The notes under the pieces: model-generated | The model's database searches: none | What the model saw: the letters and a program-made list of their open reading frames with translations, nothing else | Told to the model about the DNA's origin: nothing | Assembly (NCBI GenBank): GCA_964016885.1 | Contig: OZ024740.1 | Location: 2,604,001-2,668,000 of the forward strand | Direction: 5' to 3' | Origin: Eledone cirrhosa | Taxonomy: Eukaryota | Length of the DNA: 64,000 bases | Shown here: positions 9,931 to 21,200 of the stretch, in pieces | How positions within the stretch are numbered: position 1 is the first letter of the stretch | Layout of the letters: each line of letters starts with the position of its first letter | Made by a program: the position numbers and the translations under genes

Positions 9931-12900
9931 TCCTTGAATCTCAGTCATTGATGTTGGTTAACTGGAAAGTCCGTTGGATTGAATATCAAGCCACTACCTG
10001 CAGCCTCAGATATTCAGGACGTATCGGAGGGTTCTTGCTGTTCCAAGCAAGCATGCCTTTTGAAGCGTTCCAAAAAGCGTGAAGGGGCCGATTTTCTTTA
10101 ACCATCCCTGGAAACCTTTGGAGATAGTCCCCAGTGCGCCTATGACAATCGGGATCACTTTGACTTCATGGCAGTTCCAAATCCTTTTCACCTCCCACTT
10201 TAGGTCCTGGTATCGGTTAATATTCTCCCTCTCCTTCTCTTGCACTCTCGTGTCGAATGGGCAGGCCACATCCACAATCAGGCACGATCTTTTTTCTTTG
10301 TCCACAACCACCAGGTCAGGTCTATTGTGTTCCAGTTTCTTGTCCGTCTGTATCCTAAAATCCCACAGCACCTTCACCTGATCGTTTTCTATCACCGCCT
10401 CTGGCTTATGCTCATACCACTTCTCAGAATGTGGTAAATTGTTTACTTTGCATAGGTGCCAGTGGATCACCCTGCCCATCACATCATGTCTCCAGCCCTT
10501 ATAGTTAGTCTGGGCTAGGTGTTTACACTCGGATACAATGTGAGCTACAGTCTCCTCTCTCCACAGATCCTGCACAGTGGGCTAGCCTCCTCCTTGTAAA
10601 TATGGTGTTTCAACCACTTCGTTTTGAGAGCTTGCTCCTGCGCAGCCATTAACATTCCTTCTGTAGCCTTTTTAAGGTCTCCTCTTTTCAGCCAGTTCCA
10701 TGTCTGTGGATCTCTAAATTCAGTTTTCTCAAAGAAGGTACTATGAAGGGATTTTTCCTGAAGGCTGCTCTTCCTCCTTGATGTTATTTACTCCTTGGAC
10801 ATCCCCTGGCCTATTGTCCCCTCCTTCAGTTCAGTTCTGAGCATTGGCTCCTTACTATCAGTCACGTATTTGTGTAGGTTGTTTTTCTCCATCTGAACAC
10901 AGTCCTCTATGCTGATAAGGCCTCTTCCACCCTCATACCTCCTTAAATAGAATCTATCGACATCACTCCTCTTGTGGAACATGTAGATAGTCAATAGCTT
11001 CCTAGTCTTCCTATCCATTTCTTTCTGTTCAGCAACATTCCATCTCAGAATTCCCGCACTGTACCTAATAATAGACACAGCTCGGGAATTTACTGCACTT
11101 ATGGCATTCCTACTGTTCAGATGTGACTTTAATATGCTCCTTACTCTCCGAATGTATTCAGTTCTTATCAATTCCTTCATTTTTTTGTTCTTGATGTCAT
11201 CAGCCTCCAGAACGCCCAAATACTTGTATCTTTCTTCAGAGTCAATTTCCTTTATCATCTCACCCGTTGGTACCTGCATTCCGTTACTTCTGCTCAACTT
11301 ACCCCTCTTCATCACAATGACTCCGCACTTACTAATACCAAATTGCATACATATATCATTGCTGAAAATACGGACAGTGTCAACAAGCACATCCAACTCC
11401 TTCTCACTCTTCCCGAAGAGCTTAAGATCGTCCATGAAGAGGAGGTGATTGATGGTAAGCCCTCCCTTTCCCAACCTGTATCCTGCTCTCACTTTTCGCA
11501 GTACACTGGTCAGGGGAATCAGGGCAAGGACAAACAACAGAGGGGACAGACTCTCTCCCTGGAAGATACCTCTCTTGATCTTCACGCTTCCCAAGGATTC
11601 TCCAGTTGATGTTAACTCTGTTTCCCAGGACTTCATACTTTTGCCCAACAACTGTCTGATGTTATCTGCCACCTTGAAGATCTCCAGGCTTTTGGTGATC
11701 CAAGAATGAGGCACCATGTCAAATGCCTTTTTGTAGTCTATCCATCCCATGGCAAGACCAGTGTGTCTCCTCTTGCAATTCCTCATTGCCATCTGATCAA
11801 TAAGTAACTGGTCCTTTGTACCACGTGACTTCTTTCGGCATCCTTTCTGTTCGTCCGGTAACAAGTTGTTTGTGTGGAGGTGATGGTAGATTTTCTCAGA
11901 CACAATGCTTGTCAACAGTTTCCACATTACGGACAGGCATGTGGTAGGTTTATAGTTGGTAACATCATTACCCTTGATTTGGTCTTTCATTATCAGAACT
12001 GTGGTACCTTTTGTCAACCACTCTGGTACCTCACCTGACATCAAGCAGTCATTGAACATGGTTGTCAGTTTCGGGTGGAGGGATGTTATATTTTTAATCC
12101 AATACCCCTGCACACCATCTGGGCCTGGTGATTTCCAGTTGGTTAGTTTTTTGGCCTGCCCCTTAAGAGTTTCAACTGTGATACTCAAATCAGTTTGTTG
12201 GTGTGCCTGTTCACTAATCTCCTTCTGTACTGTCTCAATCCACACTGCCTGGTCATTATGTTTAACACCCTGCTCCCACATTCCTCTCCAGAATGTTTTA
12301 GTTTGTTCCGCCTCAGGGATCAAGTCGTTGCCTCTTTCTTTCCCTTCAAGCTGTCCAAACAGCATCTTCTGGTTGTTGTCGAACATGCGGTTCTGTCTAT
12401 ACTGGCTGACTCTGTTCTCGTATTGCCTGATTTTTGCACTCTTTGCTACAATGCGTTGCTTCAGTTCCTCTATGATAATATTTAGCTTTTTCCTCCTAGT
12501 TTTGTACTTTATTTCCAGTCTATTTTTAGTGTCTATGTTTTTTAGTGTCCCATTCAGTAGGGACTCAAGCTTTCAAATGTCATTTCTCATTTCCCTGATT
12601 TAACCACTCAGTCGTTTCTTCCACCAAGGCTCTGCTCTTTCTTGTCTGTTGTTTCCTCTCGCTTTTATACCAAGTAGTTTCCTCACCGTATTTGCTGTTG
12701 CTTTGAGGATATTGTTGCACTGGTGAAGGCTCCTCGCCTCAAGGTATGGGATGACTTTGTTTACCTTAGCTGTTGTTTCTTTTAACTTTTTCCTGTCTAC
12801 AAATCTTAGGTTCATAGGTCTCCCACTATCATTGTTCAATTCATCTACCACTAAGTTTAGGATATCAACCAAATCTCGTCCTAGCCCATCAGCATTCATC

Positions 12901-13500
12901 TCCTCAGTGGCCGTATCTCTGTTCCAGGTATTATTTATCTCAGCATTCAGATCATTGTCTGCTTCGGGTGGTTCCTCCGTTCTCTCGACCTCTTCACCTT
13001 CATTTCCCACTGGCTCGTTTGCCTGGCATACTCCACTCTCTATCTCCAACTTAATCTCTCTGCTCAGTTCCTCCAGTTCCAACTCCCTTATCCACCCATT
13101 ACTTCTTATTACCCGAGCCTGCCAGGCCAATTTTTGTTCGTCTAATTTAAATAGACCAATCTCGTTCCAGATGTTATGCATCCGTTTCCTATAGCCTTTC
13201 TCTTTGGGGTTACTCTTCAGGTAACATTGCATAACAGTTCTATTCAATTATTTCGTCCAGTTGGTTCTGGTCCCTTTCCTTCTTCTTCTTCATCCGACAC
13301 CAGCAGTATTTGGTTGACAGCCAGGTCCCTGCTGCTGAGCCAGGGAACAGCTGTTGGGTGAGAGTCTGTCACATGACATTCCAGTCTCCACTTCACCGTT
13401 ATTCGAACTGTTTAGGTTCGATATTTAAACACTCTTATCGAGGATTGGCGAATGTATGGTTACATAACCACCGGTGAATTCATCCTCTCCGGTGGTTCCG
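9931..13500 (-). mobile_element. Near full-length R4/Dong-clade non-LTR retrotransposon (disrupted)
   Basis: N-terminal MQCY..GYRKRMHNIW..EQKL motif; RT motifs WKSPGPDGV, IDYKKAFDMVPH, GIFQG..LSPLLF, FMDD, YKYLG and GGRGL; CCHC-RHD; RLE domain NRPDLVVVDK..IVDVACP..PIVIGALG. The 3' end runs into (TAA)n; the 5' boundary is approximate. Confidence 0.92.
10006..13270 (-). pseudogene. Single R4/Dong ORF broken into three pieces
   Basis: ORF track pieces 12600..13247, 10788..12386 and 10006..10575 are collinear parts of one RT-RLE protein, separated by stops and frameshifts. Confidence 0.9.
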
Positions 13501-13829
13501 TCACTCTACGTGATTTTTGTGTGGCATTATCACGCTGTAGACGAACATAAATAAACAAACAAACAAACAGCCCCCCCCCCCCAAAAAAAAATGAATAAGC
13601 ATAAGTTTCATTGTAATGTAGTGTTTGAATGTCTGACTTAGTTTTTCCCTTCCCTTATCTGTCTGTCTGTTTGTTTTTCTCTTCATTCTTATTTTCTTTA
13701 CGTTTTTCGTTGTTGCTGTGCTGCTTTGATTTTGATTTTTGTTTTTTTGATTTTGACCGGGTCATCAATTCAGTCTATTTATATATTTTGATGCCTTCCT
13801 CTTTTAGTGGGGGTTCTACGATGTAGCAG

Positions 13830-14650
13830 GGGGTAGCGGGAGAGAATAGCGGCGGTAGTGATAATGAGGCAGTGGTGGTGGTGGTGGTGGCGGTGCTGTG
13901 CTAGCAGCAACTAGCAGGAGGCAGTGGGAGAGAATAGCGGCAGTAGCGATAAATCATTATTAGGCAGTGGTGGTGGTGATGTGGTCGTATTACTGTAGTG
14001 ATGGTGTTGAAGTTGCAGTAGAAATAGCGGTTGAGTCGACTTAACCAGAGTTTTCATTGTGGTAGTGGTGGTGGTGTTGGTGGTGAAATTGTCTTTAGTT
14101 ATTTAGTCATTTTGTCATTTTCCTCCTTTTCGACTCTAACATTCCTGATCCAAAATTAAATATTAATCTTGTTTATTAATATTGTCTAGTGATACCGCCA
14201 TCTTCCCCTTTCGTAAGTTAACAGAAGGTAATGGGGGGATAGCGGTGGTAGCAATGAAGGAGTGGTGGCGGCGGTGATGGGATAGTGGTAGTAATGATGG
14301 ATGGGCGGCGGCGGCGGTGACTGTAGTGATGGCGTTGTCGTTACTGAGTTTTGTTGAATGAACTGTATTTTTGTTTGATCGGTGAATCTATGGGGTTAGT
14401 CGCGTATATGTGTTGAAATATATTTCCTTAATATTGGAATTAAACATTTTGTTAAAACTTGAGACAATAATAATAGTAATTACTATTATTATGCTGCGAT
14501 TGGCGGTGGTGGTGGTGAAATTGCCGTTATCTGGCTGATGTGTTTAGTATACACAGAGGGGTGATAGGGTAGGTGGTGTATCTAGTTTCTGGTGTTGGTG
14601 AAATTGCTGTTATTTGGCTGTTCTATATAGTGTAGACAGAGGGGGTTTTC
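13830..14650. repeat. (GGT/GGC)-rich low-complexity region with short local duplications
   Basis: GGGAGAGAATAGCGGC..GGCAGTGGTGGTGGT occurs at ~13838 and ~13926; GGTGAAATTGC..TGGCTG..CAGAGGGG occurs at ~14514 and ~14597. Confidence 0.75.
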
Positions 14651-14883
14651 TTCCATTTATAACCATTTTCTTTTTTGAATATAAAATGTGTAATACAAAA
14701 TTGAATATTTGAGCGATATAACAATATATTATGGATCCGAATTTTTTTTTGAACTCAAGCCGGATGTTTTATGTATCATTTGTACTAAGAATTGTTATTT
14801 CACAATTGATTTATATATGTTAAAAATCAAAACTTACGGGAGCGATTTCACGACCTTCTATCCACCATGTGCGTCTTCTTCCC

Positions 14884-14886
<3 letters not shown>

Positions 14887-14948
<62 letters not shown>
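14887..14948. repeat. (ATT)n microsatellite
   Basis: Direct reading. Confidence 0.95.
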
Positions 14949-15259
14949 GGCGACCTACGTAGGAAATCGTATTATCGTGAGCTCCGCAAAGGTTTGTTGT
15001 TTTCAGTTGTTTAAATTGCCATTTATGGAAAATTTTTGTTGTTAACTGTTTATAAGTGCACATACATTGCTTTCTGAAAAGGACACTAAAAAAGATTGGG
15101 GTCTTGAGCCCAAAATTTAAACTTTTATAATTATCAAACAAAAGATTTCTTTGAAAAAATCATGGACGACTCACAGCTACACCAAGCAGCTGATTACTAC
15201 GTTTGCCAACACTAAAAATATAAGCAGAAGCAATAATTTAAATTTGTCTCATGCAGACA

Positions 15260-17677
15260 TTCATTTCCCGCCATTACCAATGACTGCAGGTGTTGAAGGC
15301 CCCCCACCACCACCACCACAGCGACAACAGAAACAAAAGAAAAAAATTACCTCGTGACATAGAAATGGATTCACCCAGAATCGACTCTGCCACACCGAAC
15401 ACCACTGACTCCACCACCACCACAACTGAAACTAAAAATAACAATAACAAAAATAACAATAACAACAACAGCAACAACAACAATGAGAATAACAACACCG
15501 TGTCTTATGCCAAAGCAGCCAAAAAATGCGAAACAATCCAGGTAACTCAGGAGGAATTAGATGAAGCCAAGAGAATGGTAAAGAAAGATGGGTACAGGGT
15601 CAGCCCCCCTCCCCCACCTAATAAAATGGAGCATCGGCGCCTATGCACCGTGTCTTATCGGACGATTAACATAAAATCGCGCCGAGTGGAACAGGTATCC
15701 GAGTCCCCCCCAAAAAGCTTTGGGACAGGTGTGGGCAAAAAAACCCACATCAGACGTGGGCAGAAATATGGAACCGTGGACGTTTTCTTTGGAACACCAC
15801 AGGAGGCCAGAGAACACTCCATGTCCCCATTAAGAAGCGACGACTTCACACTCGTCCCAAGCTATTGTGGCCAGAGACTCGTAAAGATCAGAGTGACCCA
15901 CGTTCCACCGGCCATCGAAATTCCCTGGCTAATGGCTGCCATCATCGCCGGCATCGAGGCCAACACCAAAATAATCGAAATAGGAAAAGGAAAAAAGGAG
16001 AACAGGTCCGGATCTGGGATGGAGCTCCTGATCCAAGCGGACCAAAAAAGCATTGAGATCCCAGAGGTAATAGACCTCACTAACGGCAGCCACCTCACCG
16101 TAATCGTCGAGGGTAGAAGGCCTTGGTGTGTCGTTTGTGGTGAAGGAACCCACCTAAGGGCTTTCTGCCCTCAGGCTAAAAAGTTGAGGCTACCTCTCTT
16201 ACCCACACCAGTGACTCAACCATCAACACCACCAGCACCAGAAATGGCAGCAACAACTGTAGCAGCAACAACAGAAGCAACTGTAGCAGCAACAACCCCA
16301 ACAACAGTAGCAAAACCAACACCACTATCAACCAACGCGCCAGAACTAGCACCAGCGCCTACACCATCCATCATGCCACAACCAAAACCAACGCCTGTGG
16401 AGGATTTTCCACTCCCCGACCTATCGCAACTGGAGACAGATTGTGACGACGAGGCGTGGGAAACGGTATCAGGAAAAAAGAAGAAAAAGAAAAAGAAGCC
16501 AAAAAAGAATAAAATCCTCTTCCTTCCCCCTCCAAAAACAAAATACAGAAGGAAACAAATAAACTATCAGCTACATCTCCACCTCTTCCTCGACGGTGCT
16601 CAGGTGTGGTCGCCATTTGCTAGACCCGTCTTTCCCCAGCTCGTCTCCTTGACGGAGCTGCAGTCCTGGGCCAAGCGAAGACCGAGAGGGAGCGCTTGGA
16701 GACTGGAATGTCTTCAGGCACTCACAGCCCTCGACCAGTCGGGCAATATGATCGGTGGAAACTCCACCTTGGCGTTCTATAGAGGAATAGTGAAGGGAAA
16801 GAGCGACGACGTACTTGGGGAAACTCTAAGCGTCGACGAAAATCAACTAGCCAATCTCTTCGGAAGAACTTTCGGACCGGGTCCTATGGACAACTTCCAG
16901 AAATCCCTGGCCTGGCAGTGCTACCAAGGAGCTTTTCCAGTTCGAGATAAACTCTACAGGCATGGAAGTGCCGTCAGCCGGGCATGTCCGAGATGCGCGC
17001 AGGGCAACGAAACCATCCTGCAAGCACTCGTCCAGTGTCCGAGCATTGCTGACTTGTGGGTTTATGTTGAACACCTGCTGTCGCGTGTAGGACGGATCCG
17101 GCTATCATCTGAGTCCATCGTGAGGATTTCCCCACCCTCTCCCTTTAGCCGAGAAGGGCAGGCAGTTTTTATCTGTCTGGTAGCCATGGCAAAAGAGATA
17201 GTATTGTGGACGCGTTTGAAAGGGCTGAAGACGAGCACCTACCCCTTCGGTGATGCCCTGATTAACCTTTTCAAATTTCATTTGAAAAGGAAAATCAGGG
17301 TAGAGAACGAAGTACTCTCTTCCCAGCATTTTTTTTTAAAGATGGGTGAGAGAAGCAAGTATGCCCCTGTAAATTGAAAGTGGAAAACTGGGAGAGGGCA
17401 CTTGCGCTGGTGGTCAGGGTCACCGTGGCTTTTTTATGGGCTTTCTCCACAAATGTCCCTCGGAAGTCTCCCCCCTATTGGGAAATGTTTCATTGTTTTA
17501 TTTTTTGTTACATCCTCTGTTTTTGTTTTTTTAAATTTTTTTACACGCAGAAATGTCCATTTGTACCGTCCTGTATTGACCTGTACCGTCCTGTATTGTC
17601 TTGTATTGTCCTTAATGTTTTTCTTTGTGTAAATCCTTGTGGTTAATAAAGAAAGCATTATTATTATTATCATCATT
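15260..17677 (+). mobile_element. Tx1/L1 ORF1 joined to ORF2 3' end (endonuclease and RT missing)
   Basis: Gag-like ORF1 from ATG 15365 with zinc knuckle CVVCGEGTHLRAFC. From ~16571 the sequence is near-identical to 8815-9920. AATAAA at 17645, then an (ATT)n tail. Confidence 0.88.
15365..17377 (+). CDS. Open chimeric ORF1/ORF2-C-terminus reading frame (transposon-derived, function unproven)
   Basis: ORF track 15290..17377 is uninterrupted; first in-frame ATG at 15365; the last ~12 codons are frameshifted by a T run at ~17329. Confidence 0.4.
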   Translation: MDSPRIDSATPNTTDSTTTTTETKNNNNKNNNNNNSNNNNENNNTVSYAKAAKKCETIQVTQEELDEAKRMVKKDGYRVSPPPPPNKMEHRRLCTVSYRTINIKSRRVEQVSESPPKSFGTGVGKKTHIRRGQKYGTVDVFFGTPQEAREHSMSPLRSDDFTLVPSYCGQRLVKIRVTHVPPAIEIPWLMAAIIAGIEANTKIIEIGKGKKENRSGSGMELLIQADQKSIEIPEVIDLTNGSHLTVIVEGRRPWCVVCGEGTHLRAFCPQAKKLRLPLLPTPVTQPSTPPAPEMAATTVAATTEATVAATTPTTVAKPTPLSTNAPELAPAPTPSIMPQPKPTPVEDFPLPDLSQLETDCDDEAWETVSGKKKKKKKKPKKNKILFLPPPKTKYRRKQINYQLHLHLFLDGAQVWSPFARPVFPQLVSLTELQSWAKRRPRGSAWRLECLQALTALDQSGNMIGGNSTLAFYRGIVKGKSDDVLGETLSVDENQLANLFGRTFGPGPMDNFQKSLAWQCYQGAFPVRDKLYRHGSAVSRACPRCAQGNETILQALVQCPSIADLWVYVEHLLSRVGRIRLSSESIVRISPPSPFSREGQAVFICLVAMAKEIVLWTRLKGLKTSTYPFGDALINLFKFHLKRKIRVENEVLSSQHFFLKMGERSKYAPVN

Positions 17678-18082
17678 AACTTTTTAAGGTTTCACCTGAA
17701 AAGGAAAATCAAGGTGGAGAGGGAAGTGCTGCCTTCCAGCCAGTTTGTTGAAAGGTGGGTGAGAGAGGCAAGAATGGCCCGTGTGAATGAACCTATCCAG
17801 AGCGTGTGACTGTAGCATCATAGGAGGAAAACTGGAAGAGGGCACTTGCCCTAGCGGTCAGGGTAAACGTGGCTTTCTTTGTGGGCTTTCTCCACGAGCG
17901 ACCCACGGAGGTCTCCCCACTATTGGGGAATTTTTCATTGTTTCTTTTTTGTACATTTTTTGTTTTTGTTTTTTACATGCAGAATTGCCCATTTGTACCG
18001 TCCTGTATCGTGCAGGGCTGTCCTTAATGTTATACTTTGTGTCAACCTTTCGGTTAATAAAGAAAGAATTATTATTATTGTT
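17678..18082 (+). mobile_element. Third Tx1/L1 3'-end fragment (more divergent subfamily)
   Basis: Homologous to ~9512-9920 (FHLKRKI.VEREV..), with AATAAA at 18056 and an (ATT)n tail. Confidence 0.88.
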
Positions 18083-18277
18083 GTGGAATTATACACGTCG
18101 CAGGAAACTTTGCTCCCGTAAGCTTGTGATTTTTGAACAGTTTTTATGGCGAACTTATTGTAAAAATATATATTATTTGGGTGGTCGAAATTAATCGGTT
18201 TTTAGCCCTTCAGAGCTAAATTCCAAATTTAATTTCGCATTTGGCAAATACGCCCACAAAAAAATAAGAAAAGTGGC

Positions 18278-21200
18278 GTCACTCAAAATATGTTTCTCTA
18301 CGTTGTGTTCCCCAAAACCTCGTTATTCACCAAGCTATCTTTCTCTACCGTGTCTTCCCCCAAAACATCGTTTTTCACCAAGCTATGTTTCTCTACCCTG
18401 TCTTCCCCCAAAACCTCGTTATTCACCAAGCTATCTTTCTCTACATTGTCTTCGCTCAAAACCTCGTTATTCACCAAGCTATCTTTCTCGACCTTGTCTT
18501 CCCCCAATCCCCGTTATTCAGCAAGTTATCTTTCTCTACCTTGTCTTCCCACAAACCTTGTTATTCAATAAGATATATTTCTCTACTTTCTCTTTCCCCA
18601 AAACCTCGTTATTCACCAACCTATCTTTCTCTAAAGTGTCTTCCCACAAAACCTCGTTAGAAACCAAGCTATGTTTCTCGATCTTGACATCCCCCAAAAC
18701 CTCCTTATTCACCAAGCTATCTTTCTCTACATTGTCTTCCCCCAAAACCTCGGTATTCACCAAGCTATCTTTCTCTACCTTGACTTCGCCCAAAACCTCG
18801 GTATTCACCAAGCAATCTTTCTCTACCTTGTCTTCGCCCAAAACATCGGTATTCACCAAGCTATCTTTCTCTACCTCGACTTCCTCCAAAACCTCGTTAT
18901 TCACCAAGCTATCTTTCTCTACCCTTTTCTTCCCCCCAAAACCTCGTTATTCACCAAGCCATCTTGCTCTACCTTGTCTTCCCCCAAAATCTCGGTATTC
19001 ATAAAGCTATCTTTATCTACCTTGTCTTCTCCCAAAATGTCGTTATTCACAAATATATCTTCCTCTGCCTCGTCTTCCAGATAAACCTCGTTATTCACCA
19101 ACGATCTTTCTCTACCCTGTCTTCTCCCAAAACCTCATTATTCACCAAGCTATCTTTCTCTACCTGGTCTTCCCCCAAAACCTCGTTATTCACCAAGCGA
19201 TCTTTTTCTACCTTGTCTTCCCCCAAACCCAGTTATTCAGCAAGTTATCTTTCTCTACCTTGTCTTCCCCCAAAACATCGTTATTCACCAAGCTATCTTT
19301 CTCTACCTTGTCTTCCTCCAAAACCTTGTTATACACCAAGCTATCTTTCTCTACCTTGCTTTCCCCCAAAATCTCGGTATTCACCAAGCTATCGTTCTCT
19401 ACCTTGTATTCCACCAAAACATCGTTATTCAACAAGCTATCTTTCTCTACCTTTTCATCCACCAAAACCTCGTGATTCACCAAGCTATCTTTCTCTACCT
19501 TGTCTTCGCCCAAAACATCGTTATTCACCAAGCTATCTTTCTCTACATTGTTTTCCCCAAAACCTCGTTATTCACCAAGCTATCTTTCTCTACCTTGCTT
19601 TCCCCCAAAATCTCGGTATTCACCAAGCTATCGTTCTCTACCTTGTATTCCACCAAAACATCGTTATTCACCAAGCTATCTTTCTCTACATTTTCATCCA
19701 CCAAAACCTCGTGATTCCACAAGCTATCTTTCTCTACCTTGTCTTCCCCCAAAACCTCGTTATTCACCAAGATATCTTTCTCTGCCTTGTCTTCCATCAT
19801 AAACTCGTTATTCACCAAACTATATTTCTCTAACCTGTCTTCACCCAAAACCTCGTTATTCACCAAGCTATCTTTCTCAACCTTGTCTTCCCCAAAACCG
19901 TCGTTATTCACGAAGCTATCTTTCTCTACCTTGTCTTCTGCAAAAGATCGTTATTCACCAAGCTATCTTACTCTTCCTTGTCTTCCTCCAAATCCTCGAA
20001 ATTCACCAAGCTATCTTTCTCTAACATGTCTTCCCCCAATACCTCGTTATTCACCAAGCTATCTTTCTCTACCTTGTCTTCCGCAAAAGATTGTTATTCA
20101 CCAAGCCATCTTTCTCTACCGTGTCTTCCCCCAAAACCTCGTTATTCACCAAGCTATGTTTCTGTACCTTGTCATTCCCCAAAACCTCGTTATTCACCAA
20201 GCTATCTTACTCTACCTTGTCTTCCCTAAAAAACCTTCTTAGTCAACAAGTAATCTTTTTATAATTTGTCTTCACGAAAACCTTGTTATTGAACAAGATA
20301 TATTTCTCTACCTTGTGTTGTCCCGTCACCTCGCTATTCACCAAACTCTCTTTCTCAACCTTGTCTTCCCCCAAAACTTCGTTATTCACCAAGCCATATT
20401 TCTCTACCTTGTCTTCCCCGAAAACCTCGTTATTCACCAAGCTATCTTACTCTACCTTGTCCCCCCAAATCCTCGTTATTCACCAAGCCATCTTTCTTTA
20501 CCTTGTCTTTCCCCAAAACCTCGTTATTAACCAAGATATCTTTCTCTACCTTGTCTTCCCCCAAAACCACGTTATTCTCCAAGCTATCTTTCTCTACCTT
20601 GACTTCCGCAAAAGCTCGTTATTCACCAAGCTATCTTTCTCTACCTTGACTTCCCCCAAAACCTCGTTATTCACCAAGTTATCCTTTTATACCTTGTCTT
20701 CCACGAAAACCTCGAAATTCACCAAGCTATCTTTCTCTACCATGACTTCCCCAAAACCTCGTTATTCACCAAGCTATCTTTCTCTAGCTTGTCTTCCGCA
20801 AAATATTGTTATTCACCAAGCCATCTTTCTCTATCGTGTGTTCCCCCAAATTCTCGTTATTCACCAAGTTATCTTTCTCTACCTAGTCTTCCCCCAAAAT
20901 TTCGTTATTCACAAATATTTCTTCCTCTGCCTTGTCTTCCAACTAAACCTCGTTATTCACCAACCATCTTTCTCTACCTTGTCTTTCTGCAAAACCTCGT
21001 TATTCACCAAGCTAGCTTTCTCTACCCTGTCTTCTCTCAAAACCTCATTATTCACCAAGCTATCTTTCTCTATCTTGTCCTCCAACAAAACTTCGTTATT
21101 CACCATCCATATTTCTCTACCTTGTCTTCCCCAAAAACATCGTTATTAACTAAGCTATCTTACTCTACCTCGTCCCCCCCCCTAATCCTCGTTATTCACC

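Noticed and set aside
6563-13194. Antisense and alternate-frame ORFs over the LINEs
   Set aside because: Shadows of the retrotransposon coding strands with no recognisable motifs.
20377-20393. CTTCGTT resembling the start of a CENP-B box
   Set aside because: The required downstream A and CGGG positions are absent.
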